This document shows, one piece after another, positions 1-13,091 of a stretch of DNA of 64,000 bases. How positions within the stretch are numbered: the first letter of the stretch is position 1; every line of letters begins with the position of its first letter. The translations under genes and the position numbers were made by a program. The notes beneath the pieces are model-generated. The model worked only from the letters and a program-made list of their open reading frames with translations, searched no databases and was not told the origin of the DNA. This DNA is from Lophium mytilinum (lineage: Eukaryota), in assembly GCA_010093605.1 (NCBI GenBank), contig MU004187.1, positions 1,186,018 through 1,250,017 on the forward strand. Direction: 5' to 3'.

Positions 1-819
1 AGATATCTGGTAAATATGGTCAGAGAGATGCGGTTTCAAACACACGTACGACTTACTGCCCGCTTGCAATACAAGTAGGAATCTTGAAAGACACCTTGCC
101 TTTATTGTTGTACAGACGAGTGACCGCCCATTGCAAATTCGAGTCTAACCCGTCCTCGTAGATCTTGAACCCTGCACATTGTTATGGGGCGAGCAACTCA
201 TCTTGGAGTGGAAACGTACAACTCAGTCCGGTCACTGTCGTGGTCGTAGCGCTGCTGACTTTCGCAAGATATACAATGACGGGCCCAAGGTGACCGGGAT
301 CAATCGGGTCTGACGAGTAGCCGGTGTTCGCACTGTCTAAAGTGTGATGCCACTCTGCGGTGACTTGAGCTCCAGCAGGAACCTATGCAGAGTGTGAGTC
401 TGGTTGCTATACGCTCACTACACTCAAGGTCAATCCTAACTCACATCGATGACCTTTGAAGGAAGCGGGGTATTTAGAGGATTGGGTCTAGTTCGACGTC
501 AATAGAGGATATCTTCTCTAGGGCATTCCTGTAGACCTACCCGCCGTTGCAAATAACATCGTTAGATGTCACATCTGTAATCGGTCTACCGATCAGTCAG
601 CAGTGCCAGCTTTTCTGAACCAAGATAGTGGCGTGCTACCCATCGTAAGTCTGATTGAAAGTCAGCAGAGCGCACAGATTGAAGAAGATGAGACGCTCTT
701 ACCGGCACACGAATACCCTCAGTGTGTCCAGCTGACACACCATTTACCCAGAGCTCTTGAAAGATGGTATGCGTAGATACGCTAACAGCCAACGACAGTG
801 CCACAACGAGGGTCTTCAT
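1..819 (-). CDS. AA9 lytic polysaccharide monooxygenase (5' part; runs off the window start), multi-intron
   Basis: Signal peptide [16 protein letters not shown] is followed by His1 ([11 protein letters not shown]). Spliced exons give [27 protein letters not shown]...WHHTL...[18 protein letters not shown]...WFKIYEDG, typical of AA9. It includes an 11-nt exon at 640-650. By eye it resembles C4-oxidising type-2 enzymes. Confidence 0.95.
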
Positions 820-2003
820 GACGGGGAAGTGCACAATATTTGCCGGAGAGCTTTTACAGCGATGATATAGCGACGGCACAAGTTAAGTCAACGGGCTACC
901 AGAAGAGCCATGGCTACCACGCTGTATAAGAATGTGCCCAGCTTGCCTAGTGACTGTGATCACGGACGTTGTTCTCGATCAGGAACGGAAGGACAGGAGA
1001 GAGTCTACTGAATGACCGAGAAATGTTCACTTTAGTGCCGCAATCGACTGAGGGGGCGACGTAGTATGTGGGAGTCCATCACAGACAGCTCTACCATTGG
1101 CTCGCGGTATTACCATGGGCACTTGGCCAAGGTATAGAAGGCTAGAAAGGACTCCAACTTCGAGTTTCGATCGATATATGGTAATCAAATGGGAGATGCG
1201 AGGATGACAGGATTACTGAAAACGGCGGAGTTCGAAAGTAAGACACGCAGCGGGGCGCGGAGATGGAAGGGTCAGGCTCTCCATAGGAGGGTGATCTGGG
1301 CGACTCAAATTGAATAGATTACCATCTATTGGCAGGCTGGGGTGTTTCAACCGTCAAAGGCCCTCGCTAGGAGTGCAGTGCCGTTTCCTACGCGTGGCCC
1401 GCTGGCAGTGAAAAGCTTGATGGGAACAGGCCTTCGGCAGCCGGCAGACAGGCAACGGCAAGTTACAGCGCGTGCCGTGCCGGATAATATACAGCTGTGG
1501 CTTAACGATGGTGTTTATGAGAGAGAACAGGCGCTGGGAGGAGAAGTGCTGGGATCCCCTGGAGCGCCACCGGCCCATTGTGGTTAGAGAATTGTAGGGA
1601 TGTGAGGGATGGCCGGCAGCTTGACGATGTTTCCGCCGCTCTGCAATCTACCTCAATCAAAACACCATATAATTCCGCTACCAATTGACCCGGAGGCCCG
1701 TGACTCGCCTGCTCATCATGCGTCCTCATGGCTCTCGGTCCCTGGTTAGCAATCGTACCAGGCACAATGATCGAGCAGTCACGGCGTTCCTGATTCAGGA
1801 GCGCTGCGGTAAAACGTCTCTGCCACGTCCCTCGATAGTAGGCCAGAGTGGAATCTCACGGGTCATGATCCTTCATACTCCTGGCTAAATTGGAAGTCTC
1901 CTTATAACACCTTCTCTGTCGTCAGCGCGTTCCTTTTCTCTTGCGCGAGTTCTCCTTCCCGCTTCTCTCTCATCATTTTTGCCAGTGCACGCGATCTAGA
2001 AAG
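820..2003. promoter_or_regulatory. Shared divergent promoter of LPMO and CDH
   Basis: Lies between two divergent ATGs. Contains XlnR-type GGCTAG (1140-1145) and GGCTAA (1883-1888), CreA-type SYGGRG (GCGGGG/GCGGAG at 1250-1262) and TATAA at 1903-1907. These motifs are short and could occur by chance. Confidence 0.5.
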
Positions 2004-4889
2004 ATGAGGATATCCTACCTTCTAGGTGCAGTCTCACTGCTAGCCTCTCCTTGTAAGCTAGTACTTATTCCCGGTACTGAACTGGCGGTTGTTAATAAAG
2101 GTAGTACTTGAATCGGTCTCAGCCCAGGCTACTGGCGACTTTTACACCGATCCAACCACGAATATCACATTCTGGTGAGTTTTTCTGGAGCAGACCAAGC
2201 TTCTCTAGTGCTAAAAATATTCAGGAGATCAACTATAGCTGCTTCGCTAACGACCGGAGGCTTCCAGTGGGGTTACGCTCTGCCAGGAGCCGCTGGAGGT
2301 ACCAACGATGAGTACATTGGTCTAATTGTAAGTCATGACAACGCGTATATCTGTCATGGACATTTGCTAATGTAGCAATGCTAGGTGGGCGCCCTACAAG
2401 GAGATGCTGCTGGTTGGTCTGGCATGAGCCACCGGGGTGCAATGACCAATTCGCTACTATTGATGGCATGGCCTGACGGGACTGACATCAAGACATCGTT
2501 CAGGTTTTCGAGGTAAGGGATTGAGATTACTTATTAGCTATTTTCTGACGATTCAAAGCGGCTATGTCACACCAGATATCTACACCGGCAATGCGACTCT
2601 AACGGAAATCTCGCATACCATCAACGCGACCCACTTCACCCTTATCTATAGATGCCAATGGTGCTGGTATTGGGATCAAGATGGATCTGCCTTTTCACAG
2701 CCCCCTACTAGTGACACGCAAGTAATTGGATGGGTACAGAACAATGAGGCGCCGAACGATCCAACTAATCCAGACACCACCATCACAGAGCACGACAACG
2801 GCAACGGAGAGTTCGGAGCTCCCGTTGCAAGTGCCAGGAACTCGGCGTACAGTACTTGGGTCTCTCTTGCCACTTCGACACCCACAAGCAGTCCGACTGT
2901 TACCCCAACATCTGCGCCTGTAACTACTACTACGTCCATATCCTCGACACAGACCGTACCAACAACGTGCTCTGGAACGGCCGCTCCCACTGGTACTTGG
3001 GACTACATTGTAGTCGGAGCTGGAGCGGCAGGGATTCCGCTAGCGGACAAACTTTCAGAAGCCGGAAAATCCGTGCTTCTCATCGAGAGGGGACCGCCAT
3101 CATCAGGAAGATGGGGTGGCACGACACAGCAAAGCTGGACAGATGCTGATTGGCTTGATGGCACGAATCTCACCCGATTCGATGTACCTGGCCTTTGCAA
3201 TCAAATCTGGCATGATGCTAGTGGAATTGCTTGCACTGATATCGATCAGATGGCAGGTTGCGTGCTGGGAGGTGGAACAGCTGTCAATGCTGCCCTGTGG
3301 TGGAAGCCGAATCCAGTGGACTGGGACTACAACTTCCCCGCTGGGTGGAAGTCCAGCGACATGTCTGCTGCAACCTCCCGAGTATTCTCTCGCATACCCG
3401 GAACCGATCATCCCTCCGCTGATGGACAACTGTATTTGCAGCAAGGCTACAATGTCCTCTCTTCCGCTCTAAGCGCAGGTGGTTGGAAATATGTTGTCCC
3501 CAATGACGTCCCTAGCTCAAAAGACATGGTGTACGGGCACACTCCATACATGTTCTCTCACGGTGAGAGAGGCGGTCCTATGGCCACCTACCTCGTTACT
3601 GCTAGCGCCAGGAGCAATTTCAAGCTGTTGATGAACACCTCTGTGCGTAGGGTCATACGCACTGGTGGGCATGTCACCGGAGTAGAATTGGAAAAAGGCG
3701 CTTGCGGCACCGTCAATGTCACCGCCGGTACCGGTAGAGTAATTCTCTCCGCTGGCACATTTGGCTCGACGAAGATCCTGTATCGTAGTGGCATTGGACC
3801 CACGGACCAACTCAACATTGTCAGAGGCAGTCCACAGGATGGCGCCACGATGGTCAACAACGCAAGCTGGATCAATCTTCCAGTCGGCAAGAATTTGAAC
3901 GATCACGTCAACACTGATTTGGTCATTCAGCATCCTAACATTACATTTTACGACTTTTACGCAGCATTCACCGACCCGATTGCAGCGGACAAGAGCGCCT
4001 ATCTCGACAAGAGGACAGGAATTCTCACCCAAGCTGCACCTAACATTGGACCGATGTTCTGGCAGGTGGTGAATGGAACCGACGGCATTACTAGACAGCT
4101 TCAATGGACGGCGCGTGTCGAGGGCCCGAATGACAACGATACTCACTCAATGACGATGAGCCAATACCTCGGACGCGGTACAACCTCTCGGGGCGCTCTC
4201 TCTATCTCGGGGGCCTTAAGTATTTATGTTTCGACCGCACCATATCTCATCGATCAAGCAGACACCGATGCCGTCATTCAGGGCATTGATAACGTCAAAG
4301 CCGCCATCGCTAGGATACCCGGCATTACTTGGGAAGTGCCTGCTGACGGCGTGACCACCGCAGACTACGTTGCTAGTCTTCCGAAAACACCATCAGCGCG
4401 TCGCTCGAATCACTGGATTGGAACTTCCAAGCTCGGCACTGACAGTGGCCTGAGTGATGGCACTGCGGTTGTCGATATTAACACACGCGTTTATGGAACC
4501 GACAACCTTTTCGTTGTAGATGCATCCATCTTTCCCGGCATGATGACCACAAATCCGTCCGCTTACATCGTCATTGTAGCCGAGCAAGCCGCCGCCAAGA
4601 TACTCGCTCTCGCAGCTCCAACCGCAATCGCCGCCGTAAGTCAGAAGACTTCTGCAAAGAGCACGATTTGAGGACTCCAGCTGAAACTCGTCAATCGTGT
4701 AGTATCAACAATGCGGTGGTAGCACTTGGACCGGTTCCCGTTACTGTGTTTCTGGATACACATGCTATGCGTGGAACTGGTCTTACTCTCAGGTTAGTCT
4801 ATATCATCTTCTCTACCCCATTCCATCAGAGCCTTAGGTTTTTCGGAGAGCTTTGAGACTAACTTTTCGTATAGTGTGTACCTAGCTAA
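2004..4889 (+). CDS. cdh: Cellobiose dehydrogenase (AA8 cytochrome + AA3_1 flavodomain + C-terminal CBM1; class IIA type)
   Basis: Signal peptide, then a cytochrome domain with Met (GAMTNS) and His (ITEHDNG) heme ligands and a Thr/Ser linker. FAD-binding motif WDYIVVGAGAAG and catalytic SNHW/TNP. Spliced CBM1 YQQCGGSTWTGSRYCVSGYTCYAWNWSYSQ-CVPS, stop TAA at 4887-4889. Confidence 0.96.
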
Positions 4890-6298
4890 ACCTACCACGC
4901 GACACCGCCCACGAAAGCACTTCGTGTATCAGCACAGGGTCAGCTTTGTATCAAGTCTCAACGCTGCATCTTATAGGCCTTCTCTTCTTACGTATATATT
5001 CAAATATGGATTCTCGTACATATGTCTTCGGACTCTTTTGCTCTTTATCTGTACTGCGCTCAGGGCTCAAAGCTGACCTCACTAACCGCCACAAGAGAGA
5101 GATATGTAGCTCGAGTATCCTCTTCTTACTCCTGAAATGGGAATGGACAAGGAAAGAAACGTTTCCCGACGTTCTATTTTCTTCCATTCTCGCTGATAAG
5201 GTCGTTCACCTTCATCTCGAATGGGGTTTCCGCCGTACGACTGTCGGCACCCCAGTGCTGAGCTGGAACGCCCACACTTTGTCCAGGCCTTTTGGCTTGG
5301 GTGCCGTAATTGAAACTTGTTGGGGATCCTTCAACCGGCAATGACCGCGTATGCGTCTAGGTTACTTCCAAAATCCGGAGTAAAGTACGAGGCCAGGAGT
5401 CTAGCCTCACGGCCATACCGCTGCATGATGCCCACTTCGCAAGCTAACCACCAATGCCACTACTAGCGCCATCGCCAGGGAGCCATTCAGTCTGTCGGGA
5501 GCTCATATTTCACTGCATGAGTCTTAACATCGCGCCTAGCATTTGCATTCCCCACGGGGACGCCCCTGGCAGTAGTAAGCGAACAGACTTGTGGCTTGTC
5601 ACTAGAGCGTATCTTTTGGTGTTGAATATACTTTCGCGGGGTAGCCATTGACAGTCGTAATCACGATTGATCGTATTGAACTATTTCAAGTCCTAGTTTA
5701 CGTTCTTGCTTCTTGCAGAGAAGTTAGGCGAGTGGTATCAGTATCAGTGCCCACATCAGGTTGACGATTTAGAGATATTTCAACATTTCAACTCTCTTTT
5801 GTCCCGTGATGATTGGTATCTCCAACGACATTTGCAGCTTGTCCCACACGGGACAATTAGACGGAAGGCGGCTCTTGATCTTGCAGGGCCAAGAATGAGA
5901 AACAGTGTGATGGGATCCCAGCTTTCGGGTTCTGGGCGTGGTGTTTCCGTGTCCTGGGGCTTCGGTGTGGGGCCGTCCACAAAGTTCGGCGACGGCCGAA
6001 ACGACGATTGACTCGCAGAACATCACTAACTGCATCCTATCTTGCTTGAGTACGCTGACCCGAGAATTTGGTGCAAAAAGTCGGTTTCCCGAGTCATTAT
6101 CCTTGTATCTGGAGAAAGTGGAGAATCCCCAGAAGAGGCGGGGCGAGCAAGGATGTTCCAGACCGAAATGTGGAGAGACCACGCAGATAGCTTGGGATGT
6201 ATAAAGCCTCTGGCATTATCACCTCAAGAGCCTCAGATCTTCCGGGGTTCACATATCACCCATCTTTCAAGCCCATATTGGGCTTCCGAACCTACAAG

Positions 6299-8171
6299 AT
6301 GCCGAGCCCTAAAGCAACACAAATCCTAGTAAGTATTCCCAACTTCTACATGGGTTCTGACTACGAACTCACTTAACGGACGTCAATAGATCATCTTATT
6401 CGTTACCTTTGGAAGTTTGACATACGGCTACTCGTCTAGCATCATCGGCACGACTCTGGGCCAGCCCTCCTTCATTAAGTATTTTGGACTTGATACGCGG
6501 AAAAATGCCACTCAGCTAGAAGGTGCAATCAATGGTCTCTTCCAAGCTGGTGGTCTCATCGGTGCCTTGTCATGCACGCAGACAGCCGACATTCTTGGGC
6601 GCCGGAAGGCTCTGTTCATCGGAGCGATTTTCGCCTTGATTGGCGGCGCATTGCAAGCCGGAAGTGTCAACATATCCATGTACATCGTCATGCGTTTTGT
6701 TACGGGTCTCGGAGTGGGTAAGTATATGGATCATCAAGGCCCTGACTGCTGATGCTGATAGATGTGTCCAGGTCAATTGGTTACCCTAGTTCCTCTGTAC
6801 CAGAGCGAGATTGCTCCTCCCAAGATTCGCGGTCTCCTAGTGGGCACACATGGAGTCATAATATGCTTGGGCTATGCTCTTGCCGCTTGGATTGGGGTTG
6901 GCTTCTACTTCGTGAATGCCGCAGGAGCGCAGTGGAGGATACCACTGGCTATTCAATGTTTCCCGCCTCTGTTCCTAGCTCTGGGAGTCATGTTTCTGCC
7001 AGAGTCTCCTCGTTGGTGTGAGTACTACCATTTCTCTTCCCTCTCAGATATCGAGACATCTTCTTCAGACAGCTAACAATCTTCAAGTACTTGCACAAGA
7101 ACGTGTCGAGGAAGCATACGAGTCTTTCGTCTCTACCAGGGCGGAGGCGTCTGATCCAAACGATGAAATGGCCGTGAGGGATGAGTTCAATATCATTCAT
7201 ACTCAACTTCTACACGAAGTGCAAAATGCAGGCTCTTTCAAGGATTTCTTTTCTCAGCCGTCCTTGAGAAAACGGTGCATGGTGGGTTGGCTCGTCATGT
7301 TTGCAGGCCAGGGAACTGCAACACAAGTCATCAACAGTCAGTCTTCTACATCATATTGGCTTATCAGCGCTAACAGTTTCAGATTATGGGCCGCTGCTTT
7401 ATTCTCGCCTTGGCTTCGGAACAGTACAGCAACTCGTGATTACTGCTGGGTGGGTTACTGTTTGCCCTGCAGGTAATTGGATCAATGCCATGGTTCTAGA
7501 TAGATTTGGTAGGACGAGAATGTTGAGTAAGTGTTTAAACCTTGAATTCTTTCCTGATACTAACATATCAAAGTGTTCGGGTTTGCTGGCTGTGTCGTGG
7601 CGCTTGTTGGAGAGTGTATCACGGTCAGTATATTCCAGAGGACTGGGGACCCAAAGGTGGCTTCTGCCGCCGTATTCTTCCTGTTCCTACACATAGCATG
7701 GTACGTCGCCCTACACGCACTTTTACGTCGCTAAACTGTTCTCTCACAGCTTTTCTTCTTCCGTAGACGCCACCTCATATGTCTACGCCTCAGAAATCTT
7801 CCCGACCCCTAGGCGAGCTAAAGGATTGTCAATATCGATCTCGGGCCTCTTTATTGCAACCCTTATTTTCCTGCAAGCGGCACCGACTGCATTCGAGAAC
7901 ATTGGTTGGAAGTACTACCTGGTGTTTGTGATTGTGACGGCAATCATGTTCTTCGTGGTGTGGTTTGTGTTTCCCGAGGTAAGCAAGTCCCTAGCCAATT
8001 ACAGACTGGAAACATGCTAATATACGTTGTGTTTTCTAGACAAACAAGTGCTCATTGGAAGATATCGCAGAGATCTTCGGCGATGTGGTTGAGCACCCGA
8101 TAGGTGAGAAGGAGGATTGGCCCGCGGAGAAGGAAGCACATGAACATAACGAGGGTTCTGTGAAGGGATAA
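6299..8171 (+). CDS. MFS sugar porter family transporter
   Basis: Exons give FGSLTYGYSSSIIG, DILGRRKAL, PLYQSEIAPPKIRG, PESPRW, DRFGR, YASEIFP and PET motifs; GT-AG introns. Confidence 0.93.
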
Positions 8172-8519
8172 GTATGTACATTTTGGCTCATGCACGACCG
8201 AATCGGGATTGCGTTCTAGCTAGGAAATATGGTAGTCTCCATAGACTAGTGGTAAATCAAACCTTTGCGACTAGATCTATCAAAACACTTCAGTTATTTT
8301 GTGTAATCCAGATGACAAATGCTCTTATGCATCAATGTCTCAACTTAGAGGGCAAAACTTGACAGGCATCTTATGCATGGAAAGCATACTAGGCTGTTCT
8401 TATTCGTCGAGAATACAACTGCTGAGTTCGCTCGAGGCTCAAATCAATCTAGCGGGTTGATCTTTATTATACTATAAACAGGAAAGTAGTCTTCGAGTAT
8501 TTATAATGCCAAGCGGGAG

Positions 8520-9770
8520 CTAGAATATGGCAATTGGATTTGGCGGGCTGCCTACCCCTCCGACAACGTTGAGAGGCTGGCTAGTCACAAGAAACGACCA
8601 TCTACCTTCTTTCTTGCATTGTTCTGCAAGCTCCTCGAGGTCAAAGAGTTCACCGATAGGCAAGCCAAATCCGGACAAGATGACCTCGTGCATTCGGTAC
8701 CGTTCTTTTGAGTCACCCAATCCAGCACCTGTAAAAGCACCAATTAGCAAAGAACTAGATATAAGAGGAAAGAGACTCTCAGAAGCGGGAACATTAGATA
8801 GGGTAATACGCACTCCATGCTTCAAAACCAGGATTGTCGCCTGCAACGGCAGCAAAATGACTATTCCATAGCCACTCAAGCGATTCGAGCGAGCTCTCGA
8901 GCCCAGGATAATGAAATTCGGGTGCACCCATCAAATTGATGAGTGCATCTTTTGGCATGCTTTCATATCGCGAAAGGAATCCTATCCAAAGTTCGATCTT
9001 AGCTTGGTACCTTTTGAATCATGCGAGTAACTCATTCTACTCACCAGTCCTTAGAAAAAGAATGTCGCCTGGTAAGAAGGTGATTCCTTTGAGACTTGCA
9101 ATCTCCTTAACGGTGGAAACGGAAATTCTCGTAAAGCTCCAAGGATCATAGTCGAAACCTTTTTCGATGGCGTACGAGTAATAGTCGATTAGCACGCCGC
9201 GGCCAACAATGCCTTTTTTGGTCCATTCTAAATGAAACCAAAGTTAGAATATCAAACATTTATTAGCGAGTGTGAAAGGGCAGTGCCAGTCATCCTCACC
9301 ATGGATGCCGTTGCGTGTCGAGTCTGAATTCCGCACTTCCTCTTGCGTCACCCCATTATAGAATCTTCCATCTGGGTATGACCAATGCCGAAAGCCGTCC
9401 CACTGGGAGCTAGTTTGAGTGTTAAAAGCAACCTTGTCATCCTAAAGGAGCGGTAAGTATTGAGTGTAGCTTTGCAATAATACCAAGGGATTACATTGAT
9501 GTTCTCCCCGATGCTAAAAATCTCATGCTCCAACTTGCTTCGATAGGACGGCGGAACGTGCATCTGGTGCATTTCCCAACTCAAGCCCACAGAGACGCCA
9601 CTCTTGATTTCCGCCGCCGCAGCCTTCACCCGCGCCGGGGTGAGGTGGTTCAAGCACCCCAGCTGATCGGACTCTCCCCAGAGACCCCATGCTGAATGCG
9701 GAGGATCCGATGGCCGTAGAGGAAGCTCGCTGAAAGAGGGAAGACGAGTTGGAGAGGTGGTTTCGGTCAT
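8520..9770 (-). CDS. Putative cyclase / kynurenine formamidase-like metal hydrolase
   Basis: Motifs AWGLWG..DQLGCLNHLTP, SQWDGFRH, GRGVLID, GDILFLRTG, AVAGDN, PIGELFDLE and GGVGSPPN. Confidence 0.88.
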
Positions 9771-11152
9771 AGTGCGTAGAAAGGTCACACCTGTAATGCT
9801 GTGCTACCTTGTCCGTATATATCCAGCTGGGAAATGCGTATCATGTGCCGCCTAACAATATTCCGCACGAAATCGCACTACCCCACTCCTCAGCAAGCCC
9901 CGGAGAAACCGGGGCGCTCGCAGCCGTTGTAGCCGTAATAGCATAAGTATTGAACCACGCGTTACGGGGTGTTCGGTGTGCGCCGATGTCAGTGGACCCA
10001 AACCGTGACCCCTCAGGGCGCACGGACGCAAGAGAAGACATCGCTCGTTCTTTGCATTGAACTTTTCACAACCCATAACTGTTTCTTGAGAGTAACAGGA
10101 CCACGACAATGCTGACTCCATAATCACATGTCCCTGCGTTCGTGAATTGGAGGAGGATTGCGGCAAATTTAACGCGGGCATCCGTAAAGGCAGGCTGCTT
10201 GCCAGTACGGCCATGTCCGAATCTCATCGCTGGGTCATTATTACTACGAATTCGTCGACAACTACTATGGTCGGCAATTGCTGGTCACATTGTTTCCCCT
10301 TAGGTTCTTAAGCCGGAGAGCCTCCCTCGTTAGCCAGGACAGCACGGCTTCACTACGTCGTTCAATTAGATGGGTTCAAAGCAATGTTGAGCTGATCTCC
10401 CCTACGACCATGAGAATACAAGAGAGAAGTAAAGCTCTTCGCCGCGTTGGCCTTGAGGAGAACGTTGCCGGTCATGTTTCTGAGCACAGCCACGGGCCTT
10501 CCGAGCTTGTAACTGTTGAGTGTAATTGCCACAGTCTCTCGGACTATGGATGGCCCGGCTTGCTCTTCTCTACCCTTTTCGACTTCCCCTAATATTTCCC
10601 CGGACTTTTGTTCACCACGTCATCACTATGGTGGAATAGAATGCGTTCAAGGTTGTCGTTTGGGGTAGCCTACTGCCTCGAGAATAGCGAAGATGCTGTA
10701 GGTCGATGAGACATAATACATAACCCTAGAGACTTCTCCCAGAACAAGAATGGGGCTTTGCTACAAGAGAGGGGGCCCAGAACAGAAATAAATGGAAGTA
10801 TAATTAATAGTGTTTGTATCTCTGACGCTGTGTAGACAGACATGGCTATCATATCTTGGTCCTTAATCAGCAGATGGTTTTACGTCCCTTTTCGAAAGAT
10901 GCGAGACATGGTAGAGGTCTTAAGTTTGACCGAGAATACTGATGCACATCGGGGTACGTAGGCTGAGGTGTTCATCATGTCCTTCCTATATCGTAAGTCA
11001 AATCCTTATTATCGTACGTAAGTCCTTTTCGTAACAAAAGAAAGAAAAAGAAATGCTATGTCAGGTCTATCTCCTGCGTTCTGTGAGTCAGTTACGAAGG
11101 TGGGGAGTGAATAAGAAAGGTCCCGTGACCTGCAAATAAAAAAAGACAAAAA

Positions 11153-11253
11153 GGAGAAGTCTGCAGGACTCGAACCCATGACCCGATACTCAGCGTACTC
11201 TCGTTGATCTCACGTGGCCACAATTTCCACCGAGCACCATTGAGTCATTGGTG
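11153..11253 (-). other. Degenerate tRNA-derived (Pol III promoter) relic; possible SINE head or pseudo-tRNA
   Basis: Minus strand has an A-box-like TGACTCAATGG (11247-11237), a B-box GGTTCGAGTCC (11176-11166) and then oligo-T tracts. No intact acceptor stem is visible. Confidence 0.45.
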
Positions 11254-12095
11254 TGATCCTTTTATGACTAACTGTCAATATTAGTTGATATATAACCCTT
11301 AATAGGTCAACATTCCCCGTCGCCAAAATAAGCAAAATAGAGCTACCTACGCATCCCACAGCCTAAAGTGGGATGGTAGCACTTAGACATGGACCCTAAA
11401 AGTCGAGAAATTGTAATGTCTTTTCTATTCTTGCCCTGGAAATATTCGGTCAACTGGGGACAGGCGCCTCGGGGTATCATCTAGCACGGCAAACACATGG
11501 TCCACATCTCCAGGACTGCTTAGTCTAGATAGTTGCAAAGACTGCATTCTCCACCAAACTAGTAACTGTTTAACCGCATTCTAAGGCAACTGCTCGTTCA
11601 CCTAGCTCAGGGATTGGTACAAGCGGATAGTTCACGCTCTCATAGAGCATCCAAAAAAAATCTTCGTCATCCTCATGTCCTGTCAAATATGTTGTTGGCC
11701 GCATGTCTACCTCTCTCAACACCTGCCCCTCACGCGTTGTGGGAGAGTAGGGCTAATTCAGTTGGATGAACACCTTGATGGAAGACGCAATACTGCTAGA
11801 GAGACCTCTGGCAGCCTTACTGCTAGAGAAGCTTGAGGTTTGCTCTCTCTATTTGGCATCATTCGCGCGCGCCACTGCTTGATCAACTTAGGAAGGTAGC
11901 ACTATTGGTCCAACTCCACGATCCACGGCCGCGAACCACTCACAAGACCTACCACTATTTTGTTTCGACCATCAACCACGGAATAGCCATCACGCCAAGA
12001 TGCCTCCACGCTGCGCTCTGATGAGCGCTCTGATTTCAGCAAAGTACAAATATTCAGCGTATTTCCCTCTAACTTCCGTTACCGCACCACTCAAC

Positions 12096-12158
12096 TCTTC
12101 CACTTCTTCCACTTCTTCCACTTCTTCCACTTCTTCCACTTCTTCCACTTCTTCCACT
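12096..12158. repeat. 9-bp tandem repeat (TCTTCCACT)x7
   Basis: Seven perfect copies directly visible, upstream of the ATG at 12201. Confidence 0.95.
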
Positions 12159-12200
12159 CCAAACCAAACTAACACCAACCAAGCGACCAACCTCTACACC

Positions 12201-12920
12201 ATGTCTTCCACCAGCAACTCTCCCACCCGCCGCTCGGCTACCCTCCGCCCAGCAGCCACCCAATCCCCCACCCCTCCCTTTGATGCACCCGTTTACCACA
12301 TCCCCCGATTCCACGCTGAATGCAACGCCGCCTTCACCTCCATCATCAACCACAGCGTCAAGAAAGTCGCCACCAACCTCCCGGAGGACGCCCACTACGA
12401 AAGGGAGACAAAGGCCCTCTTCACAGAAGCCATAAACAATCTGAAGCAGGATCTTGGCGCTATGGGCGCACACAGACTGCAACAAGCCCGCGAAAACGCG
12501 GCCCGCAGCGACGAGCTATGGGAGGAACGCGTCGTCCGCGATATCTACGGCTGGCACCAGCTCACAAGCGCCCAGCTTGAGCGCCGAACTGTGCTGGCGG
12601 AGCAGTTCATGAGTCTTCGAACAGGCCGCCATGCCCCAGGCCCTGTCAGACACAATGCCGGATGCCCCCACGCTGCTAGATACGAAACGGCCTTCACAGC
12701 TGCCATTATCCAGAGCTTCAAAGAGGCTGGGTACGATCTCCCAGACGACGATTTGTACGAGGCGGAAAGGCAGGCGCTCATCATGCAGGCGTTGCTCGAG
12801 CTTAAGAGGAATGTTGAGGCGGCGAGGGGGGGCAGGCGGCGCATGAAGAAGAAGAAGGCGCGCGCGAAGCAGGGTAAGGTGGACAAGGCACCCCGTGGCG
12901 TGCAGAAGAGTTCAATGTAG
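12201..12920 (+). CDS. Orphan hypothetical protein with a duplicated helical domain and a basic C-terminus
   Basis: Intronless 239-aa ORF from CACC-ATG with coding-like composition, an internal repeat and RRRMKKKKARAK. Confidence 0.7.
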   Translation: MSSTSNSPTRRSATLRPAATQSPTPPFDAPVYHIPRFHAECNAAFTSIINHSVKKVATNLPEDAHYERETKALFTEAINNLKQDLGAMGAHRLQQARENAARSDELWEERVVRDIYGWHQLTSAQLERRTVLAEQFMSLRTGRHAPGPVRHNAGCPHAARYETAFTAAIIQSFKEAGYDLPDDDLYEAERQALIMQALLELKRNVEAARGGRRRMKKKKARAKQGKVDKAPRGVQKSSM

Positions 12921-13091
12921 TAGACGGCGAGGAGGAAACTTTGTGGCTGCAATATTGAAACTTCACGATGATGAGGATGATTTGAATGAAGGACATTGGG
13001 CATTGACTATAAGCTGCGCTTACTTATTGTTCACGAACTAGTAACCAAGGCAGTACATGGCGCTGTTGTCTGCTTTAATAGTGCAGTACTA

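Noticed and set aside
820..2003. ClrB/CLR-2-type CGG-N8-CCG site in the LPMO-CDH promoter
   Set aside because: No exact match found by eye.
10670..10860. Possible RIP-degraded transposon remnant
   Set aside because: TA-rich with scattered stops, but no termini or transposase/RT motifs seen.
11153..11253. Functional tRNA gene
   Set aside because: Acceptor and T stems do not pair properly and no anticodon arm can be assigned.
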